A stretch of DNA of 64,000 nt from Eledone cirrhosa (lineage: Eukaryota): positions 3,286,001-3,350,000 of the forward strand of contig OZ024741.1 in NCBI GenBank assembly GCA_964016885.1. Direction: 5' to 3'. The notes beneath the pieces were generated by a model. That model was not told the DNA's origin. It saw only the letters and a list, made by a program, of their open reading frames with translations, and made no database searches. The translations under genes and the position numbers were made by a program. Of the stretch, positions 43,601-59,500 are shown in pieces. Each line of letters starts with the position of its first letter. The first letter of the stretch is position 1.

Positions 43601-46600
43601 CAATATAGAGAGACGTCACACCTACAGCAATATAGAGACATAACAACTACAGCAATATAGAGACATATCAACTACAGCAATATAGAGAGACATAACAACT
43701 GCAGCAATATAGAGAGACAACATAACAACGACAGAAATATAGGGAGACATAACAACTACAGCAATATAGAAAGACATAACAACTACAGCAATATAGAGGG
43801 ACATAACAACTACAGGAATATAGAGAGATAACAACTACAGCAATATAGAGACACATAACAACTACAGCAATATAAAGGGACAACATAACTACTACAGCAA
43901 TATAGATAGACATAACAACTGCAGCAATATTGAGAGACAAAATAACAACTACAGCAATATAGAGAGACATAACAACTACAGCAATATAGAGAGTCATAAC
44001 AACTACAGCAATATAGAGTCATAACAAGTACAGTAATATAGAGAGACATAACAACTACAGCAATATAGAGACATAACAACTACAGCAATATAGAGACATA
44101 ACAACTACAGCAATATAGAGAGACAACATAACAACTACAGCAATATAGAGAGACAATAACTACAGCAGCATAGAAACATAACAACTACAGCAATATAGAG
44201 AGACATAACAACTACAGCAATATAGAGAGACAACATAACAACTACAGCAATATAGAAAGACATAACAACTACGGCAATATAGAGAGACATAACAACTACA
44301 GCAATATAGAGAGATAACAGCTACAGCAATATAGAGAGACAACATAACAACTACAGCAATATAGAGACGTAAAAACTACAGCAATATAGAGAGACATAAC
44401 AACTACAGCAATATAGAGACATATCAACTACAGCAATATAGAGAGACATAACAAATGCAGCAATATAGAGAGACAACATAACAACGACAGCAATATAGGG
44501 AGACATTACAAATACAGCAATATAGAAAGACATAACAACTACAGCAATATAGAGAGACATAACAACTACAGCAATATAGAGATAACAACTACAGCAATAT
44601 AGAGAGACATAACAACTACAGCAATATAGAGAGACATAACAACTACAGGAATATAGAGAGATAACAACTACAGCAATATAGAGAGACAACATAACAACTA
44701 CAGCAATATAGAGAGACATAACAACTACAGCAATATAGAAAGACATAACAACTACGGCAATATAGAGGGACATAACAACTACAGGAATATAGAGAGATAA
44801 CAACTACAGCAATATAGAGACACATAACAACTACAGCAATATAAAGGGACAACATAACTACTACAGCAATATAGATAGACATAACAACTACAGCAATATA
44901 GAGAGACATAACAACTACAGCAATATAGAGTCATAACAAGTACAGCAATATAGAGAGACATAACAACAACAGCAATATAGAGAGACATAACAACTACAGT
45001 AATATAGAGACGTAACAACTACAGCAATATAGAGAGACAACATAACATACAGCAATAGAGTGAGCCATAATAACTACAGCAATATAGAGAGACAACATAA
45101 CAACTACAGCAATATAGAGAGACAACAACTACAGCAACATATAGACATAACAACTACACCAATATAGAGAGACAACATAACAACTATAGCAATATAGAGA
45201 GACATAACAACTACAGCAATATAGAGACATAACAACTACAGCAATATAGAGAGACAATATAACAACTACAGTAATATTGAGAGACATAACAACTGCAGCA
45301 ATATAGAGACATAACAACTACAGCAATATAGAGACATAACAACTACCACAATATTGAGACATAACAACTACAGAAATATATAGACAAAACAGCTACAGCA
45401 ATATAGAGACATAACAACTACAGCAATATAAAGGGTCAACATAACAACTACAGCAATATAGAGACATAACAACTACAGTAATATAGAGAGACATAACAAA
45501 TACAGCAATATATAGATAACAACTACAGCAATATAGAGAGACATAACAACTACAGCAATATAGAGAGACAACATAACAACTACATCAATATAGAGACATA
45601 AAAACTACAGCAATATAGAAAGACATAACAACTACGGCAATATAGAGAGACATAACAACTACAGCATTATAGAGAGATAACAACTACAGCAATATAGAGA
45701 GACAACATAACAACTACAGCAATATAGAGAGACATAACAACTACAGCAATATAGAGACATAACAACTACAGCAATATAGAGAGACATAACAACTGCAGCA
45801 ATATAGAGAGACAACATAACAACGACAGCAATATAGGGAGACATAACAAATAAAGCAATATAGAAAGACATAACAACTACAGCAATATAGAGAGACATAA
45901 CAACTACAGCAATATAGAGATAACAACTACAGCAATATAGAGAGACATAACAACTACAGCAATATAGAGATACATGACAACTACAGGAATATAGAGAGAT
46001 AACAACTACAGCAATATAGAGAGACAACATAACAACTACTGCAATATAGAGAGACATAACAACTACAGCAATATAGAAAGACATAACAAGTACAGCAATA
46101 TAGAGAGACATAACAACTACAGGAATATAGAGAGATAACAACTACAGCAATATAGAGACACATAACAACTACAGCAATATAAAGGGACAACGTAACTACT
46201 ACAGCAATATAGAGAGACATAACAACTGCAGCAATATAGCGAGACAACATAACAACTACAGCAATACAGAGAGACATATCAACTACAGCAATATAGAATG
46301 ACGTAACAACTACAGCAATATAGAGGCACATAACAACTACAGCAATATAGAAAGACATAACAAGTACAGCAATATAGAGAGACATAACAACTACAGGAAT
46401 ATAGAGAGATAACAACTACATCAATATAGATAGACATAACAACTGCAGCAATATTGAGAGACAAAATAACAACTACAGCAATATAGAGAGACATAACAAC
46501 TACAGCAATATAGAGAGACATAACAACTACAGCAATATAGAGTCATAACAAGTACAGCAATATAGAGAGACATAACAACAACAGCAATATAGAGAGACAT

Positions 46601-47500
46601 AACAACTACAGCAATATAGAGACATAACAACTACAGCAATATAGAGAGACAACATAACATCTACAGCAATATAGTGAGCCATGATAACTACAGCAACATA
46701 GAGAGACACCATAACAACTCCAGCAATATAGAGAGACATAACAACTACAGCAATATAGAGAGACATAACAACTACAGCAATATAGAGACATAACAACTAC
46801 AGCAATATAGAGAGACAACATAACAACTACAGCAATATAGAGAGACAACAACTACAGCAACATAGAGACATAACAACTACACCAATATAAAGAGACAACA
46901 TAACAACTACCTCAATATAGAGAGACATAACAACTACAGCAATATAGAGAGACATAACAACTACAGCAATATAGAGAGACATAACAACTACACCAACATA
47001 AAGAGACAACATAACAACTACAGCAATATAGAGAGACGTCACACCTACAGCAATATAGAGACATAACAACTACAGCAATATAGAGACATAACAACTACAG
47101 CAATATAGAGACATATCAACTACAGCAATATAGAGAGACATAACAACTGCATCAATATAGAGAGACAACATAACAACGACAGAAATATAGGGAGACATAA
47201 CAACTACAGCAATATAGAAAGACATAACAACTACAGCAATATAGAGGGACATAACAACTACAGGAATATAGAGAGATAACAACTACAGCAATATAGAGAC
47301 ACATAACAACTACAGCAATATAAAGGGACAACATAACTACTACAGCAATATAGATAGACATAACAACTGCAGCAATATTGAGAGACAAAATAACAACTAC
47401 AGCAATATAGAGAGACATAACAACTACAGCAATATAGAGAGTCATAACAACTACAGCAATATAGAGTCATAAAAAGTACAGTAATATAGAGAGACATAAC
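40680..47500 (+). repeat. ~3423-bp tandem higher-order duplication (2 copies, with small internal indels)
   Basis: ORF pairs are 40737/44160, 40928/44351, 43104/46527 and 43404/46827. Shared markers are ACCTCAAT and GACGTCACACC. Ends are approximate. Confidence 0.85.
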
Positions 47501-50500
47501 AACAACAGCAATATAGAGAGACATAACAACTACAGCAATATAGAGACGTAACAACTACAGCAATATAGAGAGACAATATAACAACTACAGCAATATAGAG
47601 AGACAATATAACAACTACAGTAATATTGAGAGACATAACAACTGCAGCAATATAGAGAGATAACAACTACAGCAATATAGAGACATAACAACTACAGCAA
47701 TATAGAGACATAACAACTACAGAAATATAGAGACAAAACAGCTACAGCAATATAGAGACATAACAACTACAGCAATATAAAGGGTCAACATAACAACTAC
47801 AGCAATATAGAGACATAACAACTACAGCAATAAAGAGAGACATAACAAATACAGCAATATATAGATAACAACTACAGCAATATAGAGAGACATAACAACT
47901 ACAGCAATATAGAGAGACAACATAACAACTACATCAATATAGAGACATAACAACTACAGCAATATAGAAAGACATAAAAACTACGTCAATATAGAGAGAC
48001 ATAACAACTACAGCATTATAGAGAGATAACAACTACAGCGATATAGAGAGACAACATAACAACTACAGCAATATAGAGACATAACAACTACAGCAATATA
48101 GAGAGACATAACAACTGCAGCAATATAGAGAGACAACATAACAACGACAGCAATATAGGGAGCCATAACAAATAAAGCAATATAGAAAGACATAACAACT
48201 ACAGCAATATAGAGAGACATAACAACTACAGCAATATAGAGATAACAACTACAGCAATATAGAGAGACATAACAACTACAGCAATATAGAGATACATGAC
48301 AACTACAGGAATATAGAGAGATAACAACTACAGCAATATAGAGAGACAACATAACAACTACTGCAATATAGAGAGACATAACAACTACAGCAATATAGAA
48401 AGACATAACAAGTACAGCAATATAGAGAGACATAACAACTACAGGAATATAGAGAGATAACAACTACAGCAATATAGAGACACATAACAACTACAGCAAT
48501 ATAAAGGTACAACGTAACTACTACAGCAATATAGAGAGACATAACAACTGCAGCAATATAGCGAGACAACATAACAACTACAGCAATATAGAGAGACATA
48601 ACAACTACAGCAATATAGTGAGCCATAACAACTACAGCAATATAGAGACATAACAACTACAGCAATATAGAGAGACAACATAACAACTCCAGCAATATAG
48701 AGAGACATAACAAATACAGCAATATAGAGATAACAACTACAGCAATATAGAGAGACATAACAACTACAGCAATATAGTGAGCCATAATAACTACAGCAAT
48801 ATAGAGAGACAATATAAAAACTCCAGCAATATAGAGAGACATAACAACTACAGCAATATAGAGAGACAACATAACAACTACAGCAATATAGAGACATAAC
48901 AACTACAGCAATATAGAGAGACAACATAACAACTACAGCAATATAGAGAGACAACAACTACAGCAACATAGAGACATAACAACTACACCAATATAGAGAG
49001 ACAACATAACAAATACAGCAATATAGAGAGACATAACAAATACAGCAATATAGAGATAACAACTACAGCAATATAGAGAGACATAACAACTACAGCAATA
49101 TAGAGAGACAACATAACAACTACAGCAATATAGAGAGACAACAACTACAGCAACATAGAGTCATAACAAATACAGCAATATAGAAAGACATAACAACTAC
49201 AGCAATATAGAGAGACATAACAAATACAGCAATATAGAGATAACAACTACAGCAATATAGAGAGACATAACAACTACAGCAATATAGAGAGACAACATAA
49301 CAACTACAGCAATATCGAGACATAACAACTACAGCAATATAGAAAGACATAACAACTACGGCAATATAGAGAGACATAACAACTACAGCAATATAGAGAG
49401 ATAACAACTACAGCAATATAGAGAGACATAACAACTGCAGCAATATAGAGAGACAACATAACAACTACAGCAATATAGAGAGACATAACAACTACAGCAA
49501 TATAGTGAGCCATAACAACTACAGCAATTTAGAGACATAACAACTACAGCAATATAGAGAGACAACATAACAACTCCAGCAATATAGAGAGACATAACAA
49601 CTACAGCAATATAGAGACATAACAACTACACCAATATAGAGAGACAACATAATAACTACAGCAATGTAGAAGGACATAACAACTACAGCAATATAGACAG
49701 ACATAACAACTACAGCAATATAGAGACATAACAACTACAGCAATATAGAGAGACATAACAACTGCAGCAATATAGAGAGACAACATAACAACGACAGAAA
49801 TATAGGGAGTCATAACAAATACAGCAATAGAGAAAGACATAACAACTACAGCAATATAGAGAGACATAACAAATACAGCAATATAGAGATAACAACTCCA
49901 GCAATATAGAGAGACATAACAAATACAGCAATATAGAGATAACAACTACAGCAATATAGAGAGACATAACAACTACAGCAATATAGTGAGCCATAATAAC
50001 TACAGCAATATAGAGAGACAATATAAAAACTCCAGCAATATAGAGAGACATAACAACTACAGCAATATAGAGAGACAACATAACAACTACAGCAATATAG
50101 AGACATAACAACTACAGCAATATAGAGAGACAACATAACAACTACAGCAATATAGAGAGACAACAACTACAGCAACATAGAGACATAACAACTACACCAA
50201 TATAGAGAGACAACATAACAAATACACCAATATAGAGAGACATAACAAATACAGCAATATAGAGATAACAACTACAGCAATATAGAGAGACATAACAACT
50301 ACAGCAATATAGAGAGACAACATAACAACTACAGCAATATAGAGAGACAACAACTACAGCAACATAGAGTCATAACAAATACAGCAATATAGAAAGACAT
50401 AACAACTACAGCAATATAGAGAGACATAACAAATACAGCAATATAGAGATAACAACTACAGCAATATAGAGAGACATAACAACTACAGCAATATAGAGAG

Positions 50501-53500
50501 ACAACATAACAACTACAGCAATATCGAGACATAACAACTACAGCAATATAGAAAGACATAACAACTACGGCAATATAGAGAGACATAACAACTACAGCAA
50601 TATAGAGAGATAACAACTACAGCAATATAGAGAGACATAACAACTGCAGCAATATAGAGAGACAACATAACAACTACAGCAATATAGAGAGACATAACAA
50701 CTACAGCAATATAGTGAGCCATAACAACTACAGCAATTTAGAGACATAACAACTACAGCAATATAGAGAGACAACATAACAACTCCAGCAATATAGAGAG
50801 ACATAACAACTACAGCAATATAGAGACATAACAACTACACCAATATAGAGAGACAACATAATAACTACAGCAATGTAGAAGGACATAACAACTACAGCAA
50901 TATAGACAGACATAACAACTACAGCAATATAGAGACATAACAACTACAGCAATATAGAGAGACATAACAACTGCAGCAATATAGAGAGACAACATAACAA
51001 CGACAGAAATATAGGGAGTCATAACAAATACAGCAATAGAGAAAGACATAACAACTACAGCAATATAGAGAGACATAACAAATACAGCAATATAGAGATA
51101 ACAACTACAGCAATATAGAGAGACATAACAACTACAGCAATATAGTGAGCCATAATAACTACAGCAATATAGAGACATAACAACATAACAACTCCAGCAA
51201 TATAGAGAGACATAACAACTACAGCAATATAGAGACATAACAAATACAGCAATATAGAGACATAACAACTAGAGCAATATAGAGAGACAACATAACAACT
51301 ACAGCAATATAGAGAGACAACAACTACAGCAACATAGAGACATAACAACTACACCAATATAGAGAGACAACATAACAACTACAGCAATATAGAGAGACAT
51401 AACAACTACAGCAATATAGAGAGACATAACAACTACAGCAATATAGAGAGACATAACAACTACACCAACATAAAGAGACAACATAACAACTACAGTAATA
51501 TAGAGAGACATAACAACTACAGCAATATAGAGACATAACAACTACAGCAATATAGAGAGACAATATAACAACTACAGTAATATTGAGAGACATAAAAACT
51601 GCAGCAATATAGAGACATAACAACTACAGCAATATAGAGACATAACAACTACAGCAATATAGAGACATATCACCTACAGCAATATAGAGAGACATAACAA
51701 CTGCAGCAATATAGAGAGACAACATAACAACGACAGAAATATAGGGAGTCATAACAAATACAGCAATATAGAAAGACATAACAACTACAGCAATATAGAG
51801 AGACATAACAAATACAGCAATATAGAGATAACAACTACAGCAATATAGAGAGACATAACAACTACAGCAATATAGAGAGACAACATAACAACTACAGCAA
51901 TATAGAGACATAACAACTACAGCAATATAGAAAGACATAACAACTACGGCAATATAGAGAGACATAACAACTACAGCAATATAGAGAGATAACAACTACA
52001 GCAATATAGAGATACAACATAACAACTACAGCAATATAGAGACATAAAAAACTACAGCAATATAGAGAGACATAACAACTACAGCAATATAGAGACATAT
52101 CAACTACAGCAATATAGAGAGACATAACAACTGCAGCAATATAGAGAGACAACATAACAACGACAGCAATATAGGGAGACATAACAAATACAGCAATATA
52201 GATAGACATAACAACTGCAGCAATATTGAGAGAGAAAATAACAACTACAACAATATAGAGAGACATAACAACTACAGCAATATAGAGAGACATAACAACT
52301 ACAGCAATATAGATTCATAACAAGTACAGCAATATAGAGAGACATAACGACAACAGCAATATAGAAAGACATAACAACTACAGCAATATAGAGAGACATA
52401 ACAAATACAGCAATATAGAGATAACAACTACAGCAATATAGAGACATAACAACTACAGCAATATAGAGAGACAACATAACAACTACAGCAATATAGAGAC
52501 ATAACAACTACAGCAATATAGAAAGACATAACAACTACGGCAATATAGAGAGACATAACAACTACAGCAATATAGAGAGATAACAACTACAGCAATATAG
52601 AGATACAACATAATAACTACAGCAATATAGAGACATAAAAAACTACAGCAATATAGAGAGACATAACAACTACAGCAATATAGAGACATATCAACTACAG
52701 CAATATAGAGAGACATAACAACTGCAGCAATATAGAGAGACAACATAACAACGACAGCAATATAGGGAGACATAACAAATACAGCAATATAGAAAGACAT
52801 AACAACTACAGCAATATAGAGATAACAACTACAGCAATATAGAGAGACATAACAACTACAGCAATATAGAGAGACGTAACAACTACAGGAATATAGAGAG
52901 ATAACAACTACAGCAATATAGAGAGACAACATAACAACTACAGCAATATAGAGAGACATAACAACTACAGCAATATAGAAAGACATAACAACTACAGCAA
53001 TATAAAGGGACATAACAACTACAGGAATATAGAGAGATAACAACTACAGCAATATAGAGAGACAACATAACAACTACAGCAATATAGAAAGACATAACAA
53101 CTACGGCAATATAGAGAGACATAACAACTACAGCAATATAGAGAGATAACAGCTACAGCAATATAGAGAGACAACATAACAACTACAGCAATATAGAGAC
53201 GTAAAAACTACAGCAATATAGAGAGACATAACAACTACAGCAATATAGAGACATATCAACTACAGCAATATAGAGAGACATAACAAATGCAGCAATATAG
53301 AGAGACAACATAACAACGACAGCAATATAGGGAGACATTACAAATACAGCAATATAGAAAGACATAACAACTACAGCAATATAGAGAGACATAACAACTA
53401 CAGCAATATAGAGATAACAACTACAGCAATATAGAGAGACATAACAACTACAGCAATATAGAGAGACATAACAACTACAGGAATATAGAGAGATAACAAC

Positions 53501-56500
53501 TACAGCAATATAGAGAGACAACATAACAACTACAGCAATATAGAGAGAAATAACAACTACAGCAATATAGAAAGACATAACAACTACGGCAATATAGAGG
53601 GACATAACAACTACAGGAATATAGAGAGATAACAACTACAGCAATATAGAGACACATAACAACTACAGCAATATAAAGGGACAACATAACTACAGCAATA
53701 TAGATAGACATAACAACTACAGCAATATAGAGAGACATAACAACTACAGCAATATAGAGTCATAACAAGTACAGCAATATAGAGAGACATAACAACAACA
53801 GCAATATAGAGAGACATAACAACTACAGTAATATAGAGACGTAACAACTACAGCAATATAGAGAGACAACATAACATACAGCAATAGAGTGAGCCATAAT
53901 AACTACAGCAATATAGAGAGACAACATAACAACTACAGCAATATAGAGAGACAACAACTACAGCAACATATAGACATAACAACTACACCAATATAGAGAG
54001 ACAACATAACAACTATAGCAATATAGAGAGACATAACAACTACAGCAATATAGAGACATAACAACTACAGCAATATAGAGAGACAATATAACAACTACAG
54101 TAATATAGAGAGACATAACAACTGCAGCAATATAGAGACATAACAACTACAGCAATATTGAGACATAACAACTACAGAAATATATAGACAAAACAGCTAC
54201 AGCAATATAGAGACATAACAACTACAGCAATATAAAGGGTCAACATAACAACTACAGCAATATAGAGACATAACAACTACAGTAATATAGAGAGACATAA
54301 CAAATACAGCAATATATAGATAACAACTACAGCAATATAGAGAGACATAACAACTACAGCAATATAGAGAGACAACATAACAACTACATCAATATAGAGA
54401 CATAAAAACTACAGCAATATAGAAAGACATAACAACTACGGCAATATAGAGAGACATAACAACTACAGCATTATAGAGAGATAACAACTACAGCAATATA
54501 GAGAGACAACATAACAACTACAGGAATATAGAGACTTAACAACTACAGCAATATAGAGAGACATAACAACTACAGCAATATAGAGACATAACAACTACAG
54601 CAATATAGAGAGACATAACAACTGCAGCAATATAGAGAGACAACATAACAACGACAGCAATATAGGGAGACATAACAAATAAAGCAATATAGAAAGACAT
54701 AACAACTACAGCAATATAGAGAGACATAACAACTACAGCAATATAGAGATAACAACTACAGCAATATAGAGAGACATAACAACTACAGCAATATAGAGAT
54801 ACATAACAACTACAGGAATATAGAGAGATAACAACTACAGCAATATAGAGAGACAACATAACAACTACTGCAATATAGAGAGACATAACAACTACAGCAA
54901 TATAGAAAGACATAACAAGTACAGCAATATAGAGAGACATAACAACTACAGGAATATAGAGAGATAACATCTACAGCAATATAGAGACACATAACAACTA
55001 CAGCAATATAAAGGGACAACGTAACTACTACAGCAATATAGAGAGACATAACAACTGCAGCAATATAGCGAGACAACATAACAACTACAGCAATATAGAG
55101 AGACATAACAACTACAGCAATATAGAATGACGTAACAACTACAGCAATATAGAGGCACATAACAACTACAGGAATATAGAGAGATAACAACTACAGCAAT
55201 ATAGAAACACATAACAACTACAGCAATATAAAGGGACAACATAACTACTACATCAATATAGATAGACATAACAACTGCAGCAATATTGAGAGACAAAATA
55301 ACAACTACAGCAATATAGAGAGACATAACAACTACAGCAATATAGAGAGACATAACAACTACAGCAATATAGAGTCATAACAAGTACAGCAATATAGAGA
55401 GACATAACAACAACAGCAATATAGAGAGACATAACAACTACAGCAATATAGAGACATAACAACTACAGCAATATAGAGAGACAACATAACATCTACAGCA
55501 ATATAGTGAGCCATGATAACTACAGCAACATAGAGAGACACCATAACAACTCCAGCAATATAGAGAGACATAACAACTACAGCAATATAGAGAGACATAA
55601 CAACTACAGCAATATAGAGACATAACAACTACAGCAATATAGAGAGACAACATAACAACTACAGCAATATAGAGAGACAACAACTACAGCAACATAGAGA
55701 CATAACAACTACACCAATATAGAGAGACAACATAACAACTACCTCAATATAGAGAGACATAACAACTACAGCAATATAGAGAGACATAACAACTACAGCA
55801 ATATAGAGAGACATAACAACTACACCAACATAAAGAGACAACATAACAACTACAGCAATATAGAGAGACGTCACACCTACAGCAATATAGAGACATAACA
55901 ACTACAGCAATATAGAGACATATCAACTACAGCAATATAGAGAGACATAACAACTGCAGCAATATAGAGAGACAACATAACAACGACAGAAATATAGGGA
56001 GACATAACAACTACAGCAATATAGAAAGACATAACAACTACAGCAATATAGAGGGACATAACAACTACAGGAATATAGAGAGATAACAACTACAGCAATA
56101 TAGAGACACATAACAACTACAGCAATATAAAGGGACAACATAACTACTACAGCAATATAGATAGACATAACAACTGCAGCAATATTGAGAGACAAAATAA
56201 CAACTACAGCAATATAGAGAGACATAACAACTACAGCAATATAGAGAGTCATAACAACTACAGCAATATAGAGTCATAACAAGTACAGTAATATAGAGAG
56301 ACATAACAACTACAGCAATATAGAGACATAACAACTACAGCAATATAGAGACATAACAACTACAGCAATATAGAGAGACAACATAACAACTACAGCAATA
56401 TAGAGAGACAATAACTACAGCAGCATAGAGACATAACAACAACAGCAATATAGAGAGACATAACAACTACAGTAATATAGAGACGTAACAACTACAGCAA

Positions 56501-59500
56501 TATAGAGAGACAACATAACATACAGCAATAGAGTGAGCCATAATAACTACAGCAATATAGAGAGACAACATAACAACTACAGCAATATAGAGAGACAACA
56601 ACTACAGCAACATATAGACATAACAACTACACCAATATAGAGAGACAACATAACAACTATAGCAATATAGAGAGACATAACAACTACAGCAATATAGAGA
56701 CATAACAACTACAGCAATATAGAGAGACAATATAACAACTACAGTAATATTGAGAGACATAACAACTGCAGCAATATAGAGACATAACAACTACAGCAAT
56801 ATTGAGACATAACAACTACAGAAATATATAGACAAAACAGCTACAGCAATATAGAGACATAACAACTACAGCAATATAGAGACATAACAACTACAGTAAT
56901 ATAGAGAGACATAACAAATACAGCAATATATAGATAACAACTACAGCAATATAGAGAGACATAACAACTACAGCAATATAGAGAGACAACATAACAACTA
57001 CATCAATATAGAGACATAAAAACTACAGCAATATAGAAAGACATAACAACTACGGCAATATAGAGAGACATAACAACTACAGCATTATAGAGAGATAACA
57101 ACTACAGCAATATAGAGAGACAACATAACAACTACAGCAATATAGAGACTTAACAACTACAGCAATATAGAGAGACATAACAACTACAGCAATATAGAGA
57201 CATAACCACTACAGCAATATAGAGAGACATAACAACTGCAGCAATATAGAGAGACAACATAACAACGACAGCAATATAGGGAGACATAACAAATAAAGCA
57301 ATATAGAAAGACATAACAACTACAGCAATATAGAGAGACATAACAACTACAGCAATATAGAGATAACAACTACAGCAATATAGAGAGACATAACAACTAC
57401 AGCAATATAGAGATACATAACAACTACAGGAATATAGAGAGATAACAACTACAGCAATATAGAGAGACAACATAACAACTACTGCAATATAGAGAGACAT
57501 AACAACTACAGCAATATAGAAAGACATAACAAGTACAGCAATATAGAGAGACATAACAACTACAGGAATATAGAGAGATAACATCTACAGCAATATAGAG
57601 ACACATAACAACTACAGCAATATAAAGGGACAACGTAACTACTACAGCAATATAGAGAGACATAACAACTGCAGCAATATAGCGAGACAACATAACAACT
57701 ACAGCAATATAGAGAGACATAACAACTACAGCAATATAGAATGACGTAACAACTACAGCAATATAGAGGCACATAACAACTACAGGAATATAGAGAGATA
57801 ACAACTACAGCAATATAGAAACACATAACAACTACAGCAATATAAAGGGACAACATAACTACTACATCAATATAGATAGACATAACAACTGCAGCAATAT
57901 TGAGAGACAAAATAACAACTACAGCAATATAGAGAGACATAACAACTACAGCAATATAGAGAGACATAACAACTACAGCAATATAGAGTCATAACAAGTA
58001 CAGCAATATAGAGAGACATAACAACAACAGCAATATAGAGAGACATAACAACTACAGCAATATAGAGACATAACAACTACAGCAATATAGAGAGACAACA
58101 TAACATCTACAGCAATATAGTGAGCCATGATAACTACAGCAACATAGAGAGACACCATAACAACTCCAGCAATATAGAGAGACATAACAACTACAGCAAT
58201 ATAGAGAGACATAACAACTACAGCAATATAGAGACATAACAACTACAGCAATATAGAGAGACAACATAACAACTACAGCAATATAGAGAGACAACAACTA
58301 CAGCAACATAGAGACATAACAACTACACCAATATAGAGAGACAACATAACAACTACCTCAATATAGAGAGACATAACAACTACAGCAATATAGAGAGACA
58401 TAACAACTACAGCAATATAGAGAGACATAACAACTACACCAACATAAAGAGACAACATAACAACTACAGCAATATAGAGAGACGTCACACCTACAGCAAT
58501 ATAGAGACATAACAACTACAGCAATATAGAGACATATCAACTACAGCAATATAGAGAGACATAACAACTGCAGCAATATAGAGAGACAACATAACAACGA
58601 CAGAAATATAGGGAGACATAACAACTACAGCAATATAGAAAGACATAACAACTACAGCAATATAGAGGGACATAACAACTACAGGAATATAGAGAGATAA
58701 CAACTACAGCAATATAGAGACACATAACAACTACAGCAATATAAAGGGACAACATAACTACTACAGCAATATAGATAGACATAACAACTGCAGCAATATT
58801 GAGAGACAAAATAACAACTACAGCAATATAGAGAGACATAACAACTACAGCAATATAGAGAGTCATAACAACTACAGCAATATAGAGTCATAAAAAGTAC
58901 AGTAATATAGAGAGACATAACAACAACAGCAATATAGAGAGACATAACAACTACAGCAATATAGAGACGTAACAACTACAGCAATATAGAGAGACAATAT
59001 AACAACTACAGCAATATAGAGAGACAATATAACAACTACAGTAATATTGAGAGACATAACAACTGCAGCAATATAGAGACATAACAACTACAGCAATATA
59101 GAGACATAACAACTACAGCAATATAGAGACATAACAACTACAGAAATATAGAGACAAAACAGCTACAGCAATATAGAGACACAACAACTACAGCAATATA
59201 AAGGGTCAACATAACAACTACAGCAATATAGAGACATAACAACTACAGCAATAAAGAGAGACATAACAAATACAGCAATATATAGATAACAACTACAGCA
59301 ATATAGAGAGACATAACAACTACAGCAATATAGAGAGACAACATAACAACTACATCAATATAGAGACATAACAACTACAGCAATATAGAAAGACATAAAA
59401 ACTACGTCAATATAGAGAGACATAACAACTACAGCATTATAGAGAGATAACAACTACAGCGATATAGAGAGACAACATAACAACTACAGCAATATAGAGA